Assembly: GCA_008369845.1 (NCBI GenBank)
Contig: MRSU01004077.1
Span: 1 to 46,688 of the forward strand
Origin: Trichomonas gallinae
Lineage: Eukaryota
Length of the DNA stretch: 46,688 nucleotides
Direction of reading: 5' to 3'
Made by a program: the position numbers and the translations under genes. Of this stretch, positions 36,090 to 44,664 are shown piece after piece. Each line of letters opens with the position of its first letter. The first letter of the stretch is position 1. Under the pieces are notes generated by a model. The model ran no database searches. It was not told the origin of the DNA and saw only the letters and a program-made list of their open reading frames with translations.

Positions 36090-36296
36090 CAGATTTTGGG
36101 TGTCCGCACCTTTCTTTCATTTTTGTACATCAAACATGTTTTTCTTATCACTTCTTTTAAGTACCCACTTTTTTCCCCTGGGATATCGCAAAACAGGTGG
36201 ATGAGTTACGTTGCGGTATCCTTACTTCATCTATCAGAATTTGTTCTTTACCGAAATGTCAGATTCTTATGTAAAGTGTCAAAACGTTATAAATCT

Positions 36297-36683
36297 ATGG
36301 ACTCCAGACCTGAGCGTCCAAGATCAACTCAACCAATGGATGGCGAAATGATCAATTTCAAAGAGATTATGAGGGAAATTGATCCCGAGATGATTTTACC
36401 TGAAAGTTCTAACAATCTGTTGAATTTGATTGCAAACGAATTAACATATCAAATTATTACACAATCAGGTGCTAAGGCAAAACTACGTGAAGATGATAAA
36501 ATCAAGAAAACTGATGTTGAAGAGATTCTTTCAGCATTTCAATTGAATGCAAATCCAAATATGATTCCTGAAGGATTAGAACAATATAAACCGCAAAATT
36601 TGCAAGAAGTACCAACGAATGAATATCTTATTCAAAGAGATGCAATCAAAAAATACATTCAAGAAAGAAATGAAAATAATTAG
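36297..36683 (+). CDS. TAF12: TFIID subunit 12-like histone-fold protein
   Basis: FKEIMREIDPEMILPESSNNLLNLIANELTYQIITQSGAKAKLREDDKIKKTDVEEIL aligns with TAF12 [58 protein letters not shown]. The likely ATG is at 36297. Confidence 0.75.
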   Translation: MDSRPERPRSTQPMDGEMINFKEIMREIDPEMILPESSNNLLNLIANELTYQIITQSGAKAKLREDDKIKKTDVEEILSAFQLNANPNMIPEGLEQYKPQNLQEVPTNEYLIQRDAIKKYIQERNENN

Positions 36684-37148
36684 CACTACTATTTGTTTGT
36701 TAATACATAAAGAATATATACTGTTTAGTTTATACTGTCATTTTATCGATATTATAATTTCGAAACATTATTTGAAAGCTTTTTAGGAGCCATTGTTTTG
36801 ATATTTTATTGAACTCGACATATATGTTGTAGTTTCAAGTAAATCAGAGTCATTATATTTTTGACAAATAAATTTGAAAATGACATGTAAATATTTTAAT
36901 TATTAAAAAAAGTCTAATATCTCGAAATCCTGTAATATTTAGCCTTTATCATTTTAACAGAATCATCCTTATGTTGTAGTTAATATGTGGTATAAGTTAC
37001 ATTGATATTTATTCATTAATTTTTGATGTAAAAAATAATTTGCAAAAAAAAAAAAAATTGGTTTTTAGCATGTATTGCGATAAATATGATTATTTTTCTA
37101 AGAAAAAACGGATTTTAAATTTAAAATTGGTCAAAAAAACTGGTCACA

Positions 37149-38066
37149 ATGTTAAGCTCTTTTATCAACACAAACTTACGTCACCAGGCTATTTTTGATG
37201 TCGATGCATTCAGTGGCCTCAACATTACAATAGACACCCCAACGAAATCCGAAGATACGTCGATTTCAACAGTTATTTTCCTTCAACCTTTATCTATATC
37301 GATTGTTCCTGGAGAGGGTGGAAAGGCAGAGACACGCTCTAACAAGACATCGAACATTAAATTCAGTTTTCAAAAATCAAACGAAAAAGGTTCAATTATT
37401 TGCAATCTTGGATCTACCCAATTTTTCTTCGTCAATATGAAGCCAATTCCAAACTTGAGCTTCACTACGCAGATGTCAATCAACAAAACCAACATAACAC
37501 CAACAATTGGCACAGCTGTGATGAACAAGTGGATGTATTTTAGGCTTCAGATGACACTCAGCCCTCAGAAACTCATAACTGTCAACGGAAATTCGTTTAA
37601 GTACTTTGATTTCAATAAAATTTCGACAATTGATAGCTCAATCAATTTGGGCCGCAAAGACTTCAGCTTTGGCCTTCAGCTGGTTAAGAGATTCTTAAGA
37701 GATGGCTCGCGTTATGCTTATTCATTCTTAATTCAAAAAGAGTGGAATGATGGTAATACAGCGCTTGATCTCGCGGCCGTTGCTGATCCAATCATATCTC
37801 TCTGTTTGAGATATCAGCGCCAAGTTAATCCAAACTGGAAGTTTGGTGTTTCAATGGCTGTTGATAAATATTTGCAGCCAAGAACCCAATTTACATGCAA
37901 GACTGAACTTGGAAAGTCCAAAGTCCATTGCTCGCTCCTTACTACAGGAATTGTTGAGTCTAAGTTCACACACAAGATTACTGATAAATGCACAATGATC
38001 ACATCTGGAATCCTTGATCACACAAGCAAGAGCTATAGGCTAGGACTTGGTTTCTACTTCCCATAA
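37149..38066 (+). CDS. Tom40-like eukaryotic porin beta-barrel (hydrogenosomal outer membrane paralog)
   Basis: 305 aa of alternating amphipathic beta-strands, ending in ILDHTSKSYRLGLGFYF, a beta-signal preceded by the Tom40-type DH. Confidence 0.7.
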   Translation: MLSSFINTNLRHQAIFDVDAFSGLNITIDTPTKSEDTSISTVIFLQPLSISIVPGEGGKAETRSNKTSNIKFSFQKSNEKGSIICNLGSTQFFFVNMKPIPNLSFTTQMSINKTNITPTIGTAVMNKWMYFRLQMTLSPQKLITVNGNSFKYFDFNKISTIDSSINLGRKDFSFGLQLVKRFLRDGSRYAYSFLIQKEWNDGNTALDLAAVADPIISLCLRYQRQVNPNWKFGVSMAVDKYLQPRTQFTCKTELGKSKVHCSLLTTGIVESKFTHKITDKCTMITSGILDHTSKSYRLGLGFYFP

Positions 38067-38562
38067 GTAACCAATTATAGAGTTAATTTATAAAACTATT
38101 ATTTTCTTTTTTTTTACCAAGTATTTATTTCCTAAATCAGATAAAAATTCATATGGTATGATGGCAACAAATAAATGAGAGAGATTTAGGGCATCCATAA
38201 CAAGTTATGAATGATATTCATATATTTACAAATTTTGATTTCAAGGTATTAAACTCAGTATTAGGAGATGGACTACATGTGTATGATAAAGTAAACATTT
38301 GATCATGCTTGCAAATTAATACATCTAAGATATTTAAAGAAATAATGCATTATAACTGTTTCGTGACTCATGCGTGCATCTAACAACTCATGTATATATA
38401 TATAATTCAAACATTGATAATATTTCATTCATGTTATAAGGAAAATCAATTTATATGTATAAATTTACCATCATTTAAAGTTAGTTTCATGAAGGTTTAG
38501 TGAAAAATACTATTGTCAGTGTTGGATTTTTCACTAAAGCAGTTTGCGAAAAAAAGTAAGAC

Positions 38563-38893
38563 ATGATTCGTATTTTAATGAAATTTGGTTTTGGTGTTAG
38601 CACAAAGGATAATCACAAAGATCTAGCTTTGATTTTGGCTTCAAAAAACGATCATCATGAAATTGTCAAACTTCTTCTCACAGTTCATGGAATAGATGCC
38701 AACGCAAAAGACGAAAACAATAACACAACTTTGATGGATGCTTCATTTTGGGGTCATCATGAAGCTGTCATACTTCTTCTCACAGTTCCTGAATTGAGGT
38801 CAATACAAAAGAATATAGTAATAACACAGCTTTGATTAATGCTTCATTTAAAGGTCATCATGAAGTTGTCAAACTCCTTCTCACAGTTCATTT
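38563..38893 (+). pseudogene. Ankyrin-repeat gene fragment with frameshift
   Basis: ALILASKNDHHEIVKLLLTVHGIDANAKDENNNTTLMDASFWGHHEAVILLLTVP, then a frameshift at about 38790 to IEVNTKEYSNNTALINASFKGHHEVVKLLLTVH. About three ankyrin repeats, truncated. Confidence 0.85.
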
Positions 38894-39209
38894 AGGAAAG
38901 TTAGATAGACAAATAATTTAATAGTGCAATAAGAAAGTTAGATACAATTGTTTATTTTATATTTAGAGTCTAAATTTGATTCTTTTTAAGAATGTATTAT
39001 TGTAATATAGCCCATATAATCAGAGAAATATATTATCAAATTCTTAATGGACTGCTAATTGATGATTATGTGATAAAATATTCAAAATGGAAAAAATCGC
39101 TGAGCATTACATGATTCATTATTTTCTGAATAAACAAGCACATGTTTCACCCCTGGGATCGGATTTAAAATTGTTTTATAACATTTATAAGCGAATCAAA
39201 AAAAAACAT

Positions 39210-39746
39210 CTAATTATTTTGATTAGTATGAGTGAGAGTAAAGTTCTGAGAATCAACAACAGCGATTAAATCAGTAAGAAGACGAATATATGTTTTCTCT
39301 TCAATGCTTTCGTCTCGTTTAACTGTAACTCTGGCATGATCATAGATGGCTTTTCTTCTTTCTTGATTTAAAGTATCTTTTAGTTCTCTTATTTTTGATT
39401 CTGGAGGTGAAATATATAAATCTCGAGGCTTTTGTTTAATTTCAAGTTTAGGTTCTGGTATTTCTTCGATGTATCCGTATTGTTGATTGATTTTGTTGAT
39501 AATAATTTCAAACAATTTCATAATACTTTCTTTTTCTCTCTGTAATTCTGTATAATCATTTGCAATTGTATTTGATATGAATTCAAACAGCATTTGAGGA
39601 TTTGGACTTGAAATGTAATTGATTTCGATTTCATCGAGAAATTTATCATCAATTTTATTAAACTTACTCTTGCATAGAAGTTTAAATTGGGAAAATAATG
39701 ATTTTCCGTATTCATCGCTCAATTCTTCCCAATTTATTTCACTCAT
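39210..39746 (-). CDS. Hypothetical protein with coiled-coil segments
   Basis: 178-aa ATG ORF with protein-like composition and heptad-rich segments; no family recognised. Confidence 0.65.
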   Translation of the reverse strand: MSEINWEELSDEYGKSLFSQFKLLCKSKFNKIDDKFLDEIEINYISSPNPQMLFEFISNTIANDYTELQREKESIMKLFEIIINKINQQYGYIEEIPEPKLEIKQKPRDLYISPPESKIRELKDTLNQERRKAIYDHARVTVKRDESIEEKTYIRLLTDLIAVVDSQNFTLTHTNQNN

Positions 39747-40105
39747 GAATTAATTATCTCGTCTTATTATTAATTTACATGACAAATTTTTGATTTGAAT
39801 TTCAAAATTTGATATTGCTTGATATTTGTCACTGCATTGGTGTAATGAAGCTGTTTATTCAAGCAAAGTGCCATAAATCATCTTTTTTAACATTGAATAT
39901 GGAAAGATGAGGAAAATAGAAAGAAAAAGCCATTGATAGAATAATAAAAGAGTGCATATGTTATGATGATATAGTTGTAATGCGTTATTAGAGCATATGA
40001 TGATAAAAAAAATTAAAAAAAATGGTATTTTGTAGGATAAGTATTCGATTATATTTAGTAAAACCCTGTTTTATACATCTATGGAGAACTAAACCGAGAA
40101 CCAGT

Positions 40106-40261
40106 TTAGATGTTCATCTTCCTCCTGCGCCAGTGGCGTGTGAGTGGGTTGCGGATGTGGCGGACGCCTGTCATCTGGCGGATGAACTGTGGCATTGGGC
40201 GGTTGACCTTCATGGCCTTGCAGAGGATTCTCTTTGTGCGAAGCGTCTTGTGAGCAGCCAT
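40106..40261 (-). CDS. RPL39: 60S ribosomal protein L39 (eL39)
   Basis: Manual translation: MAAHKTLRTKRILCKAMKVNRPMPQFIRQMTGVRHIRNPLTRHWRRRKMNI* (51 aa), with the HKT...NRPxPQ...RHWRR signature and high-expression codon bias. Confidence 0.97.
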   Translation of the reverse strand: MAAHKTLRTKRILCKAMKVNRPMPQFIRQMTGVRHIRNPLTRHWRRRKMNI

Positions 40262-40697
40262 CTGAGAAAGACCTTTGTAAACTTTTCAAATTTCTTTGGC
40301 CATGCCATGTAAAGTTCATTTGACACTTTACATGAGATATAATTGACACTTTACAAGCAAATTTTTGCATATTTGACATGTAAAATCATACTTTAACTCA
40401 ATCAAAAACCGAGTTATTTTTGAATAACAGCCATCAAAGCAATAAGATAACAATATTACTATCAGCATATGAATATATTCCATGAAATTACGCATGCTCT
40501 CATGAAGATATTCAATATTTTTATATTTTCAAATTCAAGTAAATGAAAAGATATGGTTTGTAAATTTAAGAAAACAAAATAATTTTACTTAAATAATTCA
40601 ACTCAAGTCAGCTATTAAAATGAATTTGCAAACATTAGAAATATAGTGTGTTTTTGTTCATTTTGAAATGAGATAAAATAGCAATATAGCTACTAAT

Positions 40698-40997
40698 TTA
40701 TTGAGTAGCTTCGGCTTCTGGCTTGAATTTGCGGTTTTCGTATTTTGCCGCTGAAAACTTAATAATTTCGTTAATTTTCTCTTGCAACTGCTTGAGATTA
40801 TCTGTTTTGCTATATTCATTAATTTGTTTTGCAATCTCAATTTGCTTTGTCAAAGATTCAGAAATACTTTCGATTCTTTTCTCGATTCTTGGGAGCTTCA
40901 TTGAATCATAGGTGTTTGTTAAGTCATCGGCATAATCTGAGACAATGTGGGAGTAGTTCAAGCTTCTCAGCACAACGACAAGTGGCGAAGATGACAT
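40698..40997 (-). CDS. Small hypothetical coiled-coil protein
   Basis: 99-aa ATG ORF with a helical heptad pattern. Confidence 0.6.
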   Translation of the reverse strand: MSSSPLVVVLRSLNYSHIVSDYADDLTNTYDSMKLPRIEKRIESISESLTKQIEIAKQINEYSKTDNLKQLQEKINEIIKFSAAKYENRKFKPEAEATQ

Positions 40998-41309
40998 TTT
41001 ATCTGAAGTGTTAGACCCTTTCTAAATTATTCCCCCTCTTTTTTATATCAAGTTTTAAAATTTCATTTTCAATCAAAAAGCTTCAATATATAGCTTGTAT
41101 ATCATCACCTCAATATAAATATTAAAGATTGGTTTTGCAGATTGAAAAATTATATTTGAATAAAAAATATATCAATATTCTAGGTATTTCCTAGCAAATT
41201 AATGATTTATGCATCATCTTTGTGCTATTTATTGCTTTGAGTTACTGAAAAATCATATATTTTGGATTTAATCAAATATCAACAAATATTAAGAACATTT
41301 ATATATGAG

Positions 41310-41612
41310 TTAGTCTGTATTGCGATGATGTCTTTGTAACTGTTCTGGATAAACGCAATCATCAATACCAAGTAATACTTTCAGGAAGTATGGGAATGGT
41401 TGATCGTAAACATACACATAAATATAAAGAACAGCGCCGAATAGCATCAATAAGAAGACAAATTCAATAATTTTAACTGGTCGAATTTTTTCTCTGAGGA
41501 ACAAAGCCTCATCTTCAGTAAGTTCTCGTTCTTCACCTTCAGCAGCTTCCTTTCGAACGGGACGATTACTTGGATCAACTTCCGGTGATGGAATAGAATC
41601 TGCTTTTTTCAT
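41310..41612 (-). CDS. Small single-pass membrane protein, hypothetical
   Basis: The ATG at 41612 gives 100 aa: an acidic N-terminus and one TM (IIEFVFLLMLFGAVLYIYVYVY). The longer track ORF overlaps the opposite gene. Confidence 0.7.
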   Translation of the reverse strand: MKKADSIPSPEVDPSNRPVRKEAAEGEERELTEDEALFLREKIRPVKIIEFVFLLMLFGAVLYIYVYVYDQPFPYFLKVLLGIDDCVYPEQLQRHHRNTD

Positions 41613-41658
41613 ATTAACACTTTTTAATTTTGTAAGACCCTTTTTTTTAAAAAAAAAA

Positions 41659-42504
41659 ATGGAAAACTTCAGTTTATCACCAGAAAATTTTTCTAAGGTA
41701 TTGAAATTCTTAGTCGGTGATAGTAGGCAGATCCCTGTCTCCTGGAAATGCCCTATAAAAATGTCACATAACCCCAGCGGTGAATTAATAATTTTTGATG
41801 CGAATGAACAAACGTCAAGCATGATGGCTGTATTGCAAGCGTATGCATTCATCGTAAGAAAGTTCTACCCATCGTTAGAAGGACGTAAATTACTAGTTAG
41901 TGTAATCATTCATATAATTAAACTAATTCGCGGTCAAAACTTTATATTTTGCACTGGATTCAGTAGTGATGGAACTGGATACTTTACATCATCAAATACA
42001 GAAGATGTTGTTCATAAATATTTAATCGAATCGACATTTTTGGATTCTCCACAGGCAGTTTTGCTCCTAGCATTGTCTTTTTGCACTATTGCTGGTCCTG
42101 CAAAATTATCATCACCACATAGAAAAATACCATTTTTATCATCAGAAGGCTACGCTTCTATCAATTTTATACTATTTTTACTAACTGGATTCCCTGCTGA
42201 TTCACCTTCAAGTATTTTCCAAATAGAAAACGGATCAATGAGAATTCCAGTTCATACTCAACAACAAGTAGGGTTAATAGATGCAGATTTGAATTCACAG
42301 TACAATATAGGAACTACTCTATTGGTTCCAAAAGATAAAGTTTGGGTTGTAAACAACAAAAATTATTATACAACTGTATTATGCTCAAATGATGTTTACT
42401 TCGAATACAATGTATCCGCTATTGAAGGATTCAAAGTCAACACAATTCCTGATGATAATAATTTAATTATTAGAATCAAAGAAGCTCTATCCAAAAAGCA
42501 ATAA
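41659..42504 (+). CDS. MINDY3/4-like (DUF4205) deubiquitinase homolog, apparently catalytically inactive
   Basis: MMAVLQAY (cf. VLAAVQAY), AVLLLALS (GVLLFLYS), GYASINFILFLLTG (GHGSQSLINLLLTG), QVGLI (VGFL) and IGTTLLVPKDKVWVV (VGSYLKSPKFPIWIV). Confidence 0.7.
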   Translation: MENFSLSPENFSKVLKFLVGDSRQIPVSWKCPIKMSHNPSGELIIFDANEQTSSMMAVLQAYAFIVRKFYPSLEGRKLLVSVIIHIIKLIRGQNFIFCTGFSSDGTGYFTSSNTEDVVHKYLIESTFLDSPQAVLLLALSFCTIAGPAKLSSPHRKIPFLSSEGYASINFILFLLTGFPADSPSSIFQIENGSMRIPVHTQQQVGLIDADLNSQYNIGTTLLVPKDKVWVVNNKNYYTTVLCSNDVYFEYNVSAIEGFKVNTIPDDNNLIIRIKEALSKKQ

Positions 42505-42733
42505 CCACAATCATTTCATTGTATTTTTATTAATAAAATAATATCTGTTTGTTATTAAATCTAAAAAAAAACTGAAAATATATTTTATTATTCATTATCT
42601 CATATTTTTAGAGTGAATATATCATGTTTATGGAGAGTATATCATCTTAAAAACATTTGGTATTAAAAAATACAAACAAACAATTTTATATTATGAATAA
42701 TATCAAAAAATATACAAACAAAAATGGAATATA

Positions 42734-43960
42734 TTATATACCCAGTCTCTGGATACCTAAAGATATCAACTTTGCAATATATAATGCATCAACTGGCGTT
42801 TTTTGAACAGGAATGTGCATAATAGACGCGTCACGGCCTTCAATCATGTTAATTTCTGTAAATCCGCCAAGATGAATAAAAGACAACAACCATTTCTCCA
42901 TTTGCAATTCAATAACAGAAGTTTTCGACTGCATGAATATGATATTAGCTAGAATAGATCCATGGACTGCAAAGAAGAGCTTGATTGTGTTGAAATATTT
43001 CGCTTGTTCTCGTATTGTATAGAAATTTTGTCCATTTTCCCAGTTTATGGATGGATGTTGTGTTTTTACTGCGTCCATTACTTCATCCCAGTTTTCAATC
43101 TCGCGAGACATGTTGAATCTGTTATATAAAACATATCTATATGGAGGCTCTTTGTTTAACTCGAAAATCTGCATGAATTTTATCTTCATGTTCTGTATTA
43201 GCTTATTGCTAAGGTCTCCACACCACTTTGAATGCATAATATAAAGATTTTCTGCATAAAAATAATTATCTTTGCCTTCAAGTATTCTATCAGGTGGAAT
43301 ATTGAAGAGTGCAAGATCTTCAATTATATATTTCTTCATATGAGGCACAATTACTATTGATGAATCAAGAATCCATTGAGGAACTGCAAAAAAGCATGGT
43401 AATACTTCCAAGAACCAATGTCCGAAGTCAGATGTATGTTGGTGGCCGAGACAAACAACAGATTTATACTTATAGTAAGAAATTTTTGAAATGTTGTAAA
43501 ATTTCGATGTTGATGCATTCCAATATCTTGGATGGCATTGCAATGTTAGGAAATGATATCCATTCCATCTAACAACGACTGATTCGGATGTAAATACTGA
43601 ATTTCGAAAAAGAAGTAGCAATGGGTCAAAATTATCCATATCTTTTGCACTAGGAATGTATCCACCTGGATAAATCGATTGAAAAAATATTGCTTGTCGA
43701 TAATTAGTATTAAATACAAACAATGGATTCATTTGCATGAGTGTTATGTCTGATTGCTGAAATATAAGTACTGAGTCTCGAATGAGCATTGATCCAGATC
43801 CGATTTCGAATGAAGTTTTATTATTTGTAGGATCTAAATAGAAAGAGAAATCGGTATTAAAGTTCCAAAACCAAAACAGAAAGACCAAAAATGACAATAA
43901 CACTAGAATTTGCTTCGTGTTATAAAATCTTTCATATATTTTTGGTCTTCGAAAAAACAT
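42734..43960 (-). CDS. Glycosyltransferase family 61 (DUF563) type II membrane protein
   Basis: N-terminal TM anchor, FGHWFLEVLP, NRFNMSREIENWDEV and EQAKYFNTIKLFFAVHGSILANIIFM (GT61 HGAGLxNxxF motif). Confidence 0.85.
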   Translation of the reverse strand: MFFRRPKIYERFYNTKQILVLLSFLVFLFWFWNFNTDFSFYLDPTNNKTSFEIGSGSMLIRDSVLIFQQSDITLMQMNPLFVFNTNYRQAIFFQSIYPGGYIPSAKDMDNFDPLLLLFRNSVFTSESVVVRWNGYHFLTLQCHPRYWNASTSKFYNISKISYYKYKSVVCLGHQHTSDFGHWFLEVLPCFFAVPQWILDSSIVIVPHMKKYIIEDLALFNIPPDRILEGKDNYFYAENLYIMHSKWCGDLSNKLIQNMKIKFMQIFELNKEPPYRYVLYNRFNMSREIENWDEVMDAVKTQHPSINWENGQNFYTIREQAKYFNTIKLFFAVHGSILANIIFMQSKTSVIELQMEKWLLSFIHLGGFTEINMIEGRDASIMHIPVQKTPVDALYIAKLISLGIQRLGI

Positions 43961-44664
43961 TTTTGAATAAGGTTATTTATATCGAAATTTGTCAATGTAA
44001 ATTAAAAACGTCGAAAATGTAAATTAAAATCTGTCATTGTAAATAAGTATTGTCAAAGACAGAATTCACACTCATTTATTGCATATATGATATCTACTCT
44101 CATAAAATACAAAAATATGCGTAGATTTGATTTGAAATTTGTTTAAGTTCCCCATATATTTCCAAAGCAAAAATATCTAAACTTGGAAGCATGTTATCAA
44201 TATTTTTATCATGAGTAGTTCCTAGGTATGCTTTATATTTTGGTGTCAACCCCTCACCAACTCAGTTTATAGACACTTATATGATAATGACTGTTAAATA
44301 TTGATATATAATAGAGCGAACTAAATAATTGATATTTTCTTAATGAATTTTACTATATAATAGCAAAGCAAGATATCTTTTTTATTATTTATAAGACAAT
44401 AATTAAAAATTTAATGAAACATATTTATTTTGATCATTTAAACTGGTAACCTGTAAAATATATTGAATAAATAGTTTAATAATTATGCAGCTGAAGTTTA
44501 AATCCAAATTTTTTACTCGCAATCAAAATTATACTCAATATTTTTGGAAATAAACCTGTGAAATGTGACATACAGACATTATATATGGTGAAAATGACGA
44601 AAAACTCGATGTTTATCAAAAATTGAGGGAGAAAAACGATGAAGTTTACAATTTTTTAAAAGTG

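Noticed and set aside
36096..36296. N-terminal extension of the TAF12 ORF; likewise the TTG/GTG-started extensions at 24426, 25319, 28474 and 44623
   Set aside because: These are non-ATG starts in a eukaryote and the extensions read like promoter DNA.
40022..40379. Two 96-aa ORFs (40022-40312 +, 40089-40379 -)
   Set aside because: They are shadows of the real eL39 gene at 40106-40261 (-).
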